From a virus (Duplodnaviria; Caudoviricetes): a stretch of 51,796 bases of DNA. The notes below the pieces were generated by a model. It was not told the origin of the DNA, did no database searches, and was given only the letters and a program-made list of their open reading frames with translations. Location: the IMG/VR virus record IMGVR_UViG_3300020125_000256, positions 1 to 51,796 of that record; one strand, 5' to 3'. This document shows, piece by piece, positions 35,160 to 44,943 of the stretch. Position 1 is the first letter of the stretch, and the number at the start of each line of letters is the position of its first letter. The translations under genes and the position numbers were made by a program.

Positions 35160-35714
35160 TCACCCCACGGATACGATTGGTTCGGCAGTGGCGTCCGTCG
35201 CCACGTCTTGTTGATAAGCGGTCGTCGCGTCGTCCTCCCGTGTCGTCGTCATTTTCCCCGGCGTCGAGTTGGTATCCACATGGTTGAGCAGCTTCCGCAA
35301 GGCATTGAGGACTGACTTGGCCTGCGGCTGGCCAGACCGAGAGATTACCGTGTTGATGTCCCCCAGAAGCATCTCGTCAATCGAGCCCGCATAGGTGGGT
35401 GAACCGCTGGACCCCACGGCATCCCAGGACAGATCGCCATAACCGGCCAGGGTATCCCCCTCGGCGGGGCCTACGCCGGCTTGGACGAAGATGGAAATGT
35501 GGTAGACGCCACTTGGCACAGCCGGCATATCGGCAGTGAAGTAAGCAGAAGCTACGCCCTGTTCCGTCATGGCAATGGCATAGGTGGCGAGGTTGGCGGT
35601 GGCGTAGACTTCGAAAGCGGCCCCGTTCCAGATCTGGCCATCGGTTGCCCGGCGTACCTCGGCGTAAAGGGTATCGCCGGTTGCCGTCCACTGGATTTGA
35701 ATTTCTTTGGCCAT
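35160..35714 (-). CDS. Putative structural protein
   Basis: MAKEIQIQW...GQIWNG; in late operon. Confidence 0.65.
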   Translation of the reverse strand: MAKEIQIQWTATGDTLYAEVRRATDGQIWNGAAFEVYATANLATYAIAMTEQGVASAYFTADMPAVPSGVYHISIFVQAGVGPAEGDTLAGYGDLSWDAVGSSGSPTYAGSIDEMLLGDINTVISRSGQPQAKSVLNALRKLLNHVDTNSTPGKMTTTREDDATTAYQQDVATDATAEPIVSVG

Positions 35715-35730
35715 GATATCATTCCGCCAC

Positions 35731-36417
35731 TTAAGTAAGAGCGACCGACCCGGTGACGACCGTTCCATTCGCGGTCTTCGCCTTTATTTTTAACTTGCCG
35801 GCACCATTCGTTGGGTCCAGGTACAGGCAGATTTCGTTCGCGGCCAAATCGCCGTCCGCTGGTATTGTTGTTCCCATGATGACGATATCGCCGAATTGCA
35901 CACGGCCTGCCCCTGTTTTGATGGCGAAGTTATTGGTGGCGGCGGCGACATCGCCAACAAAAACTCCATAGGCGTTATCAACGCTTGGATAATTGCCATC
36001 AATAACGTAGAAGCCAATCCAATTTGTAACAGGGCCGCCAACTGGCTGGATAATTCCGTCCGCGACAAAACACGACAATGTGCCGCACCGGCCCGGACCA
36101 AAGTTTCCAACCGCACAGTCTATCCCCCAAATGCGGTTGTTGGGTGCATCAACAGCACTTTTTCCGAATGTGTCGATGTTCAATGCGGCCGCCCCGGCAC
36201 CTATGCCACTGTCATCGGTAGTCAAGGCCACCACATTGAGTCCGGTTGTATAGCCACCGCCTTCTTGCTGAACTAACAGACCTACCGAACCACCAGAAGG
36301 AACAATGGTACCGATGTTTACCGTGCCTCTTCGTCCCCACCAGTCCTGAATACTGGTGTCGAAGTTGGGATTGTCACCAAGCAGCCCAAAATTTCCTGAT
36401 ATTACGCCAATCCCCAT
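35731..36417 (-). CDS. Tail fibre-like protein
   Basis: Gly-rich beta repeats; C-terminal LYLD...KLKIKAK..NGTV; GAGG RBS. Confidence 0.6.
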   Translation of the reverse strand: MGIGVISGNFGLLGDNPNFDTSIQDWWGRRGTVNIGTIVPSGGSVGLLVQQEGGGYTTGLNVVALTTDDSGIGAGAAALNIDTFGKSAVDAPNNRIWGIDCAVGNFGPGRCGTLSCFVADGIIQPVGGPVTNWIGFYVIDGNYPSVDNAYGVFVGDVAAATNNFAIKTGAGRVQFGDIVIMGTTIPADGDLAANEICLYLDPTNGAGKLKIKAKTANGTVVTGSVALT

Positions 36418-36424
36418 GTCAACC

Positions 36425-36937
36425 TCACAGCAAAGCAAACAGGGCGTTCATGCTCGTCGGCCCCGTGCCGATCTGGAACGTGAACTGAATCTTCTGGAAT
36501 CCCTTCACGTCACTCATGAAATGGGCCACCGTGTCGTCCGCCGGCGACACCGTGTCCGTTGTCACGCCCGCATCACCCGTCGTTAACACCAACGTGTCCG
36601 CGAAATGCTCCGTCGCCGTGAAGAATCGAACGCTCGCCCCCGCGGTGCAGGCGTATTCAACGATGGTCACGGGCACCCACACGATCCTGATTGGGTCATT
36701 CTCATCGAGGCTGGACCAGCCAGTTACCCGGATGGAGTAGGTGTCGTTGGTGGCCCCGAGGGAGTAAGGCACGACCCGAATGCCGTTCTGGACCACCCCG
36801 CCGTTCATGTCGTCCAGGGTGAAGACCCCGGCGCCGGATGGCGTCGTATGCGTCTCGGCCAGGACGGGGAAGGTGGCCGATGTCGAGTTGACGGCCAGGG
36901 CTCTGCGGAAGCTGGAGCCCATGGTTTGGATCATCAT
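36425..36937 (-). CDS. Putative structural protein
   Basis: 170 aa beta-rich ORF with GAGG RBS. Confidence 0.65.
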   Translation of the reverse strand: MMIQTMGSSFRRALAVNSTSATFPVLAETHTTPSGAGVFTLDDMNGGVVQNGIRVVPYSLGATNDTYSIRVTGWSSLDENDPIRIVWVPVTIVEYACTAGASVRFFTATEHFADTLVLTTGDAGVTTDTVSPADDTVAHFMSDVKGFQKIQFTFQIGTGPTSMNALFALL

Positions 36938-36949
36938 GCCTCACCCCAT

Positions 36950-36990
36950 GAAAAAAGCCGCCAGCCCCGGGAATAGAAGGGCCGGCGGCC
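36950..36990 (-). terminator. Rho-independent terminator-like hairpin
   Basis: Minus strand GCCGCCGGCCC...GGGCTGGCGGC followed by a T-run. Confidence 0.6.
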
Positions 36991-37081
36991 TGGCACTGAG
37001 AATAACAAACCGCCCCCTATGGTTTCCGTCTGCCTCTCCCGGCCAAGGTGTTAAGGAGAAAGAAGCCGAGGGCGGCTTGGC

Positions 37082-37351
37082 TCAACCAATATTCGCCCAG
37101 ACAGCGGACAGGTTTGTCCCTTGGTTCACATACAACCCAGTGCCCGAACCAAGGGCCTGAGCGCCCGCTGTACCCTTCATGTTGAAGAAGATCGCCCCAT
37201 GGGCAAAACCGGCGATGCCATTGACGGGTACGCCAGTTGTCGCATTGGAGGACTGGCCGGGCCGGGAATCCATGCCGATCAAGTGCCCCTTGCCGGGTAT
37301 GAACATCAGCCGGTCTACGGCAGCTTCCACATCTAAACGCCGGTCAGCCAT
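37082..37351 (-). CDS. Small structural protein
   Basis: GFAHGAIFF...LYVNQGT motif typical of head-fibre-like proteins. Confidence 0.6.
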   Translation of the reverse strand: MADRRLDVEAAVDRLMFIPGKGHLIGMDSRPGQSSNATTGVPVNGIAGFAHGAIFFNMKGTAGAQALGSGTGLYVNQGTNLSAVWANIG

Positions 37352-37362
37352 GATTCACCCTT

Positions 37363-38175
37363 TTACTGATAAGTCATCCCGTTGTACGTCGCCGCCGGCG
37401 CCCACCAATGCACGTTCTGCCGGTTGAACGGCGCCCGGTCGGAATCGTCCCGGTTGTATCCCAGCTTGGCCGGCTTGTGCTTCCTGTCGATGCTGATGGA
37501 AGCCGACAATCTCTCCTGCCAGGTGGCCCACTGGGGTCCCTTGGCGTCGTCCAGCTTGAGTTCGGCCATGGCGAGGCAGGATTGCAGGATCGTCTCGGCA
37601 TGGGCAGCCCCACCATAAGCAAACGGCAAAGCGTTCGTCATGGCATCGGCCTGGAGATAATACTGCCCCTGGATCGTGTACTCCCGGTCGGCTAGCGGGA
37701 AGACGAACAGCTCAAACCGCTGACTGCGGACGGCATTGGTCCCCTTGATGGGTCGTTCGCAGGCATATTGCGGCGGGCCGGTCATGGTTGGCGTCACGGA
37801 ATACTGCTGGCGGATCTTGCCCTCGTTCTGCCACTCGATCTGCCACGGCATCGAGGTCGTGTTGTCCGTCAGAAGGCTCAACTGGTTCTCAAAGCCGCCG
37901 AAGTCATCGGGCAATGTGACAGTTGACGCACCCTGGGCGAAGGTGAAGGTTCCGACAGGATGGAGGAAGCTCCAGTCGTAGGAGTTGGCTTCGCCTTCGC
38001 GGGGGGAAGGGTAGAGGAACTGGTGATACCCGGATCGGACGCAGTCCATGATGTCGTTGGTCTTGTTTACGTCCCAGGCCGGTTCCCCGAAGTCAACACC
38101 CCGACCGTAGCCCAGGAATCTGCCGACTCGGGCTTGCAGGTCTGCGAATGTCAGGTTCAGGGTTGATTCGGCCAA
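37363..38175 (-). CDS. Head-tail adaptor / gatekeeper protein
   Basis: TFADLQARV, YDWSFL, TLPDDF, G.P.Y, L.VFP..D..YTI...Y pattern of podoviral adaptors. Confidence 0.75.
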   Translation of the reverse strand: MAESTLNLTFADLQARVGRFLGYGRGVDFGEPAWDVNKTNDIMDCVRSGYHQFLYPSPREGEANSYDWSFLHPVGTFTFAQGASTVTLPDDFGGFENQLSLLTDNTTSMPWQIEWQNEGKIRQQYSVTPTMTGPPQYACERPIKGTNAVRSQRFELFVFPLADREYTIQGQYYLQADAMTNALPFAYGGAAHAETILQSCLAMAELKLDDAKGPQWATWQERLSASISIDRKHKPAKLGYNRDDSDRAPFNRQNVHWWAPAATYNGMTYQ

Positions 38176-38178
38176 GGC

Positions 38179-38397
38179 TTACCCCTTGTAGTGCTTGGCG
38201 TTTGAGGCCGGGGTGGCCCCGCCGCCTGCCGGACTGCTCGTACCCTTGTCGTCGCAAGAGTAGATGCCGCCCAAGCCATGCTCGCTGTTCTTGGACTTGT
38301 ACTCACTGGAAGCGTGCGGGTCGGGACTCTTCACGCCTTCCAGGTTGTGAACGTGAATGTCGCCGTGATGGTCATGTCCCTTTTTGCCGTACTTCAT
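38179..38397 (-). CDS. Small His/Lys-rich protein
   Basis: 72 aa ORF with ATGA overlap. Confidence 0.5.
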   Translation of the reverse strand: MKYGKKGHDHHGDIHVHNLEGVKSPDPHASSEYKSKNSEHGLGGIYSCDDKGTSSPAGGGATPASNAKHYKG

Positions 38398-38537
38398 CGC
38401 TTGGCCCTCTTTCTGGTCTTCTTCTTGCTAACTCGGGCAGGAAGCTTGCCTTTATTGTCGAAATGGTGCTTCTTCACCCAGGCGTGCCCAAACTTGGCGT
38501 TCAGAAGCTTTCTCTGTGCCTCGCTCTTGGCCGGCAT
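38394..38537 (-). CDS. Small basic protein (MPAKSEAQRK, DUF3008-like; not in ORF track)
   Basis: Hand translation MPAKSEAQRKLLNAKFGHAWVKKHHFDNKGKLPARVSKKKTRKRAKR*. Confidence 0.65.
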   Translation of the reverse strand: MPAKSEAQRKLLNAKFGHAWVKKHHFDNKGKLPARVSKKKTRKRAKR

Positions 38538-38545
38538 GATTACCC

Positions 38546-39475
38546 CTACGAGTTCGGGAGCTGGGCACACCTGATCCAGTCCACCAGGAGTCGCAACGTC
38601 GTCCCGGTCGAGTTCATGACGGAGAATCCAGGAGACATGAACGCCGTCGGGAAGTTGGTGTTCACCAGATCGAGACTGGACAGGAATGTCGCTGCCGGCA
38701 GGCCATCCACAAAGACCTTGATAAGCGGACGTGCCAGCTGTCCGACCGTCTGATTGCCTGTCGCCGTCGTTACCAAGACTGGTGGAGCATTGGGATCAAA
38801 GCGGAAGCCAAGCTTGTGGAAGGCCCCGGCGGTGTTGACTGCCCCGGTGACGCTGTTCATGAGAGTAGTCAGGCCAGTCACTTGCACCGCAGCCTGGCCA
38901 GTCAGCTTGTAGCAGAAGGACCACTCGGTCGGCGTGCCCACAAGAGAGGAGAAGCCGATCATGTCCACATTGGCCAGTGCGTCAGCCGTCGTGATCGGGA
39001 TAGCTGCCTGGGGCAATCCCGTGCTACCGCTCAGGAAACCGCCAAAGAGGCCGACAAACACGTCCCCCAGTGTGGCGGCAATGGATGACTTGGCTACCCG
39101 TGCCTCGAACCAAAGCTGCTGATTGAGAGCGTTGGTTGAAGTCGTGACGAGGCGGAACGAGTTCATGCCGCCGCCAAATGTCACGGTCTCGTTGTCGGTG
39201 TCCGAGTTGATGCTGACGACCCCGCCTTCCACGTCGCCGCTCAACGCCGTGCCGCCCGTGTCGGCATAGACCGCCCAGCGGCCGAAGCTGCCGACGTTGG
39301 AGGCGACGTTCATGACCCCGGAATTGAAGTCGTCGAAGATGTACTGGCCGCCCGCCCCTTCGTTGGCCTGCTCCAAGAGGAGGGGAACATCGCAGTCAGC
39401 CCATATCGCCTGCGTCGGCCCGCGGTGCGTATCGGCGACCAAGTTGGCTTCGTAAACAACGCTTTTGACCGCCAT
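38546..39475 (-). CDS. Putative capsid decoration / minor head protein
   Basis: IFDDF...WFEARV...LLVDWIRCAQ beta-sandwich; downstream of MCP. Confidence 0.6.
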   Translation of the reverse strand: MAVKSVVYEANLVADTHRGPTQAIWADCDVPLLLEQANEGAGGQYIFDDFNSGVMNVASNVGSFGRWAVYADTGGTALSGDVEGGVVSINSDTDNETVTFGGGMNSFRLVTTSTNALNQQLWFEARVAKSSIAATLGDVFVGLFGGFLSGSTGLPQAAIPITTADALANVDMIGFSSLVGTPTEWSFCYKLTGQAAVQVTGLTTLMNSVTGAVNTAGAFHKLGFRFDPNAPPVLVTTATGNQTVGQLARPLIKVFVDGLPAATFLSSLDLVNTNFPTAFMSPGFSVMNSTGTTLRLLVDWIRCAQLPNS

Positions 39476-39477
39476 TG

Positions 39478-39879
39478 TTAGGTTCCTTTTCTCTTGGCCG
39501 TTTTCTCGGGTTCGTCGTCAGGCTGAACTGTTTCCACATTGCGGCGATACACCCTCGCCGATACCCAACTCTTGGATACGTGGGCCCCTTCCCGGTCCTT
39601 GACGATCTTCTCGGGGTTCACCAAGACATCGGTGCCCAGAATCTTCTTGGCGTTGGCCCCCTTCTTGCCACCGTTCACAAACCGGCCAGTAACCTCGCCA
39701 AAGCGGCTGTACTGCTGCTCGATCGGTTCGTAAGTCTTGCCGTCGTTGGTGAAGCCGACCAGATGGGGGCAATAGCCGTACTCGTCGGCATCATCCTTGG
39801 TGCAGCCGAACGGACAATGAACGCGGATCTCCCCGAATACCGAGGCCCGGAGTTCCTGTGCTTCTTCGGATAACGGCAT
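39478..39879 (-). CDS. Hypothetical protein with CPxxC..CPH motif
   Basis: ORF directly after the MCP stop. Confidence 0.6.
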   Translation of the reverse strand: MPLSEEAQELRASVFGEIRVHCPFGCTKDDADEYGYCPHLVGFTNDGKTYEPIEQQYSRFGEVTGRFVNGGKKGANAKKILGTDVLVNPEKIVKDREGAHVSKSWVSARVYRRNVETVQPDDEPEKTAKRKGT

Positions 39880-39881
39880 GG

Positions 39882-40925
39882 TTAACTCGGATACGTGGTT
39901 GCCGTGGAGCCAACCATGTGGCAACGGCGATTTTTGGAGACAAAATTATAGGTGCAGTCCACAAAGTGACTGCTGACCGTGTGCTGGCCGGGGGTGAACG
40001 GGATGGTCGTTTCCTTCATCCACCAGCCGCGGAGGATGTAGGTTTTGAACCAGCCCCAGTTGATTCCGTAGAAAGGTCCAGTTGTATCGCGTTCCAGCCA
40101 TGGTACCCACACCACGGGGACACGCCGGAACAAAACCCGGCCGTCCATACTTGCAATGTCCGGTCCGAGGTTTTCGTTCTGACTCTCCAGGGACTCTTCG
40201 AGAGGCTGGATGACGCTGTAATTGCTATAGAACCCATACTCATCCCCGGTATTAGGGGTCGGAATGCCCTCGACGGGCGGCATGAACTTCGTGAACGTCG
40301 CCGCCCGGCGGGCCGCCCTGATAAAGTCGTCGCGGCTGACCACCGTGTAGGGGAACGTGTAATTGGTCCAGTTGGGATACGTCGTCGATGAAACACCGGC
40401 GACGTTTGTGTAGCCGGTGAGGACGGTGCCGTTGAAGCCGGCGGTGGCGCCCTTGACGATCCAGTAGGGCAGACCCAGGGGAGTCTTGGGGTCCGAGGCC
40501 GGGGGAGCAGCCCAAAAGTTTGTTTCCATCAATTCGGCGAAGCTGATAAGCGACATGATGCGCTTCTGCTTCACATAATCGACGATGCGGGCAGGCTCGC
40601 GGTTCATGGCGATGACCTGGCCGATGAGCGAGTAGTTGGTGCCCGAGTTGCGCCAGACGGTATTGGCCTGGATCATGCCGTCCACGTCGTTGACGTTGTC
40701 CGACTCGCCCAGGCCCATGTTCTTGGCCGAGTTGGACTGGCCAACCAGCACGTCGAACTGGATGCCGGTACCCGATTCGAGAATCACGCGATTCTTGCGA
40801 AGCAGGTTGGACATGGCGACGTGGGTTTGCAGGTTGGACGAAATGTCCGTGAATTTCGGCTTGCCGAGGTCACGCAGGGTATCGGCAATCAGATCGCCGA
40901 TATTTTCCGCTTGGAATACGGGCAC
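39882..40925 (-). CDS. Major capsid protein
   Basis: 347 aa after scaffold; pattern SG.xIQF.V...W.......N....IVDYV...F.RVPVVW...YGINW...NRR typical of HK97-fold MCPs. Confidence 0.8.
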   Translation of the reverse strand: MPVFQAENIGDLIADTLRDLGKPKFTDISSNLQTHVAMSNLLRKNRVILESGTGIQFDVLVGQSNSAKNMGLGESDNVNDVDGMIQANTVWRNSGTNYSLIGQVIAMNREPARIVDYVKQKRIMSLISFAELMETNFWAAPPASDPKTPLGLPYWIVKGATAGFNGTVLTGYTNVAGVSSTTYPNWTNYTFPYTVVSRDDFIRAARRAATFTKFMPPVEGIPTPNTGDEYGFYSNYSVIQPLEESLESQNENLGPDIASMDGRVLFRRVPVVWVPWLERDTTGPFYGINWGWFKTYILRGWWMKETTIPFTPGQHTVSSHFVDCTYNFVSKNRRCHMVGSTATTYPS

Positions 40926-40949
40926 GGTGGCTTACCTTCTACCTTGGCC

Positions 40950-41981
40950 TTAACCGAGAAAACCGTCCATTTCTTCACTGTCGGGCATCACTTCCGATGA
41001 CTCTTTCATGCGGGCCGTCAGGTTGCGAATCGCCTTGGCATCCCCCTTGGGCTCCTCGCCTTTTCGTTGCGTCGGCTTGGCTACCGTCCCATTGGCCCAC
41101 TGCTCGGGAGTGATCCGGGAGGGTGCGTCATTTGACGCACCCTGCTTGACGACTTCGCCGTAGGCTTCCTGGGTGTCGGGGTACATGAGCTCGACCGACT
41201 CGCGGATCTTGGCCTTGATCTGGGCCGGCGTCATGTTCTGGACATTGATCTGGGCATCACGGAGGACGGCCAGCCGGCGACGATACCCAGCCTGGTCTTT
41301 CTGCGATACGTCCCGGCCGGCCCCCTTGCCGAAAATCTTCTCGAACTTGTCGCCCATGGAGGAGAAGGCCCCGTCGATGATCGACTCCAGCCTCAACCCT
41401 TCCCGCTGCTGATCTCTTTGATCGCGTTCGGCCAGCTGTGCCTTGAGAGATTTGACTTCCTGGCTTTGCGAGCGAGCCAGTTTCTTCATGGCCGCCACCA
41501 GTTGAGGATCGTACTGGGCCTCGTCCAGCCCCAGGTCGATGTCGTCATCTTCGGTCTTGGGCGCCTCGACGGGGACATGCACCTTGTTCTGGTCGATGGC
41601 GTGCTGTTTGGAGAACTGGTCGGCGATAAGACGTTGATGATTTCTGTGCTGGGTGATGACTCGCCGCAGCGCTTGCGGGGACAACTCTTCTATGTCCTCC
41701 GGTCCATAGCCGAACTCCTCGGCCTGCTGCACGAGATAGGCTTCGTGCTTGGGGACCTTGGCGAATGTGCCGTCTGGATTGCGAGGGCGGTCTGTTTTGG
41801 CTTCGGGGTCTTCAATTACGCCATTTGGCGGAATTGGCTCTGGTTTTGGCTCTGGTTCTGGTGTTTTGGCTGTCTTTTCGGGTAGTTCGACGGCGAGATT
41901 GGTATCCCCGAGGTCGTAGGGATCGTTGGATGGGGGGGTGGCCGGAGTCTCTGGCGTCTGTGCCGCTACATTTTCTGCCAC
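40950..41981 (-). CDS. Capsid scaffolding protein
   Basis: Acidic/Pro-rich N-terminus with RNPDGTFAK motif, coiled-coil; immediately before MCP. Confidence 0.75.
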   Translation of the reverse strand: MAENVAAQTPETPATPPSNDPYDLGDTNLAVELPEKTAKTPEPEPKPEPIPPNGVIEDPEAKTDRPRNPDGTFAKVPKHEAYLVQQAEEFGYGPEDIEELSPQALRRVITQHRNHQRLIADQFSKQHAIDQNKVHVPVEAPKTEDDDIDLGLDEAQYDPQLVAAMKKLARSQSQEVKSLKAQLAERDQRDQQREGLRLESIIDGAFSSMGDKFEKIFGKGAGRDVSQKDQAGYRRRLAVLRDAQINVQNMTPAQIKAKIRESVELMYPDTQEAYGEVVKQGASNDAPSRITPEQWANGTVAKPTQRKGEEPKGDAKAIRNLTARMKESSEVMPDSEEMDGFLG

Positions 41982-42023
41982 TGCATGATGCCAATCTCCT
42001 TGGCCGAGAAGACTATGTCAGCA

Positions 42024-42052
42024 AGACTACACGTGTTAGGTGACGTTGGCAA
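42024..42052 (-). promoter_or_regulatory. Candidate sigma70 promoter for scaffold/MCP
   Basis: Minus strand TTGCCA, 17 nt spacer, TAGTCT; AAGGAG RBS downstream. Confidence 0.5.
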
Positions 42053-42057
42053 GCTAA

Positions 42058-42432
42058 TTATGTACTGACGACTAGATATTCCATCTGGCAGGCGGCAGTA
42101 TTGGCCAATGCCGTCGGCGTCTGGAAGTCGGCACCTGCCTTGAAAAAGGCGAACCCATTGACGGGATCAAGGCGAGCATTGTTTTGGCCGCCATCCGTGT
42201 AAAGGTCGATGTAATTGGTCGGGTCTTTGTTGAGGAAGATCACATATCCCGCTACTGGCACCGCCCCAAAATCAATACTGGCGGCGCTTGTGCCAGTTGG
42301 CACACTCACCTTTTGCCGGGTGATGATCTTGGTGGCCACACTCTTGATGAGGTTCACCACGTCGAGGACTTCTTCGGTCCCCTCCGCATCGGAATAGGCG
42401 AGGTTGGCGTTCAGTGTCAGTTCATTGGACAT
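42058..42432 (-). CDS. Putative structural protein
   Basis: 124 aa beta-rich ORF. Confidence 0.65.
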   Translation of the reverse strand: MSNELTLNANLAYSDAEGTEEVLDVVNLIKSVATKIITRQKVSVPTGTSAASIDFGAVPVAGYVIFLNKDPTNYIDLYTDGGQNNARLDPVNGFAFFKAGADFQTPTALANTAACQMEYLVVST

Positions 42433-42555
42433 TGGCTTACCCCTTCAATTGTGCCATTTGGCACAATTAACAAAGAGGCCCCTGGGTGCCGTACACACCC
42501 AGGGGCCGGGAGGGAAGAGAAGACATCACGTACCGCTAAAACAGAAACCCGCCCT

Positions 42556-43104
42556 TCACGCAGGCTGTACAACAAAGCCGGTCGGACCACCGGCAACTAC
42601 ATTGTACGCCACGTCGCCATTGAAAGGCCCGAAGCTGCCGTCATTGGCATTGACGGTGACAGCCACGGACCCGGCACCGGCCTTGACTCCCTGGGTCGAG
42701 AACGTCATGGGTCCGGTTGACGAGGCACTCAGGGTGCCCGAGGAGTCGGCCGTGACTGACGAGGTTGCAATGGCACTGCCGTCGATCAGTTCGCCGGCCG
42801 CGTTGGTGAGGAGGATGAGCCAGTTGCCCGGATTGTTGGGATCGTCGGTGATCGTAAATGGATTGTCCGGGTTGACAACATCACCCGCCTTGTACTTTCG
42901 GGTGGCCTTCTGGCCCTTCTTCGCCTTGGTTTTGAACTTGCCGGCCATGTTCGGTCCTTTCTGTTGAGGTTCCACTTGGAACCCAGTAATGGGATTAACT
43001 ACTTCTACGATAAGTTTGAGCTGGGCACAAATACATTCTGCCGCCGTGGCCTGTCTCTCGGCAGCGTCGGCAAGGCGTTCAAGATTCTGGAAGAGTGTGT
43101 GCAT
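42556..43104 (-). CDS. Coiled-coil plus Ig-like domain protein
   Basis: MHTLFQNL...; possible internal start MAGKFK with AAAGGA RBS. Confidence 0.55.
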   Translation of the reverse strand: MHTLFQNLERLADAAERQATAAECICAQLKLIVEVVNPITGFQVEPQQKGPNMAGKFKTKAKKGQKATRKYKAGDVVNPDNPFTITDDPNNPGNWLILLTNAAGELIDGSAIATSSVTADSSGTLSASSTGPMTFSTQGVKAGAGSVAVTVNANDGSFGPFNGDVAYNVVAGGPTGFVVQPA

Positions 43105-43105
43105 G

Positions 43106-44134
43106 TTACTTACACCCTCCTTGGCCACGAGGAATGAAGCCGCAGATCTGGCTGATGATGGGCTGGAGAGCCGGCCCGAATACGCCAGGATTGGCACAGA
43201 CGTAGGCAATGCCTTGCCGCAGAATCATGAGCAGCAGGGACCAGGGAATAGCCTCGGGCGTGGCCATCAGGGCGGGTGCCGACGTGACGGGATAGGTGCC
43301 CCCCGGAACCGTGACATGCAAAAAAGGCAGGCCCGTGATATAGCCGGTTTGTGTCGGAATGACCACGACCTGATGAAGTGGTGTCGGGCCCGGAGCCGGC
43401 GGAACTGGCGTAATACCCGGCGTCGTCGGGTCTCTCAGCCACGCCTCGCCACAGGCAGCCATGAGCCAGGCGTGGTCCACCACCCCAATCGTACCCCAGG
43501 TGTAAAGCAAGTAGCCGTTGGCCGGGGCGTTGTTCGGCACCTGTACCCCTAAAGCTTGGAACAGGGCCGAGCAGGGACCATAGCCAGACAGGGCCACGCA
43601 ATGGTCCTGGGCCCCGCCATGTCCCCCGAAAGCATACCAGCCGTTGTGGTTGCCGGCGCCGGATGGCAAGGAACTGGACGAGATGCCTATTTTCACCGGT
43701 CCCTTGGAGATCGCATTTTGCAAGATGGACTCGTTGGAAAAATCGACGCCGGTGTAATGGCCATCGTTGTAGGTTGTGCCATCCTGATGGAAGCCGTCCG
43801 AGATCATGAGGTCCATGACCTGGGGCAGTTCGGCACCGTTCAGGAGGTCATACTTGCGGCAGAAGGCCATGAGGGTGGCGTCGGTGATCTTGGTCTCGGG
43901 CAGGCCATTCATGACGCTATAGGCGGCCTTGGCGAAGCATTCTTCGGCGGAGACGCAATCGCCGTACTGGTCATTGAGCCACGCTTCCAGAAATGGGGGA
44001 ATGACGATAACCTGGGGGGGTGTCACCCCAATGGCACGATAGGGACGTGCTGTGAGCAGTTTGTACCGGGGTGTTGGTTTAGCACCCGTTTTGAATTTCC
44101 TCGGCTCGACTGGTTCGACCGGTTCGTCGGGCAT
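43106..44134 (-). CDS. Papain-like cysteine peptidase (candidate endolysin)
   Basis: LNDQYGDCV (Cys), DHCVAL.GY (His), YTWG; Pro linker; hydrophobic C-terminus. Confidence 0.7.
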   Translation of the reverse strand: MPDEPVEPVEPRKFKTGAKPTPRYKLLTARPYRAIGVTPPQVIVIPPFLEAWLNDQYGDCVSAEECFAKAAYSVMNGLPETKITDATLMAFCRKYDLLNGAELPQVMDLMISDGFHQDGTTYNDGHYTGVDFSNESILQNAISKGPVKIGISSSSLPSGAGNHNGWYAFGGHGGAQDHCVALSGYGPCSALFQALGVQVPNNAPANGYLLYTWGTIGVVDHAWLMAACGEAWLRDPTTPGITPVPPAPGPTPLHQVVVIPTQTGYITGLPFLHVTVPGGTYPVTSAPALMATPEAIPWSLLLMILRQGIAYVCANPGVFGPALQPIISQICGFIPRGQGGCK

Positions 44135-44243
44135 TGGATGCTCCTTTGAGAAGGTGGGGCCATTGAGAGGTAATCTACCCCCGAGTGCCGCGGACACCCG
44201 GAGGCGGCCCATGCCCCTCTCAAAGGCATGGACGCATCAAGAA

Positions 44244-44369
44244 TCATTTGGCTTCAAGTGCCTTCAAGCGGCGGTCAACTTCCTCGAACGTATCGACAAT
44301 ATTGGCGAGGGACCGCTGTATCAATTCAACCGCGATTTCCAGGGCGGTTACTCGTTCTTCGATGGTCAT
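44244..44369 (-). CDS. Small coiled-coil peptide (not in ORF track)
   Basis: Hand translation MTIEERVTALE...RRLKALEAK*; ATGA overlap. Confidence 0.5.
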   Translation of the reverse strand: MTIEERVTALEIAVELIQRSLANIVDTFEEVDRRLKALEAK

Positions 44370-44563
44370 TGCAATGCCTCGCAGACGGCTTTACGGATAA
44401 CCTGCGTTTTGCTGAGGCCGATTTCACGAGTGCTGGCCATCAGGTCCTTGGCATCCTGGATTATCTTCGGGTCCGAGGCCAACAGAGACAGGCAGTCTTC
44501 CACACTCATGTCTTTCATGATGGACTGGTATTTGAGGTCGAACCAAGTGGGCTGTGCTGCCAC
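44366..44563 (-). CDS. Hypothetical protein with possible C-terminal RHH-like helix pair
   Basis: GLSKTQVIRKAV motif. Confidence 0.45.
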   Translation of the reverse strand: MAAQPTWFDLKYQSIMKDMSVEDCLSLLASDPKIIQDAKDLMASTREIGLSKTQVIRKAVCEALQ

Positions 44564-44706
44564 GAATCACCCCTTAAATCCCCACCTGGAAACGATCCAG
44601 GTGGGGCTCCGAATGCGGAAACATTCTCTCCATAAAGGAGAAACTGAGGTAGAGAAAAGGCCACCCCACGGCTCCTAACGGACAAGATTGCTCGCACCCA
44701 ACTACG

Positions 44707-44943
44707 CTAGCAGCCACCCCTCAGACGGCCGCGGAAGATTCGGTGGAATATTCGCACACGTACTCGCGTCTCACCCGCCGCACAGGCCGTAACCTGGACC
44801 GCCGCCGCCGGGGCACAAGCCGCCTGCGGGGCGACCTGAACGGAAACGTTACACGCTCCTGACGAGCAACCACGACCACGGAAGATTTGGGCGTCCGCCG
44901 TGGAGGCGAGAAAAAGCAGTCCGAGAGAGAGAATCCATTTCAT
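44707..44943 (-). CDS. Small secreted Cys/Arg-rich peptide
   Basis: Signal peptide MKWILSLGLLFLASTADA; AAGGAGG RBS. Confidence 0.65.
   Translation of the reverse strand: MKWILSLGLLFLASTADAQIFRGRGCSSGACNVSVQVAPQAACAPAAAVQVTACAAGETRVRVRIFHRIFRGRLRGGC

Noticed and set aside
44105-44130. GGTTCGA T-loop-like words
   Set aside because: They are the antisense of the PVEPVEP coding repeat; no flanking tRNA stems.
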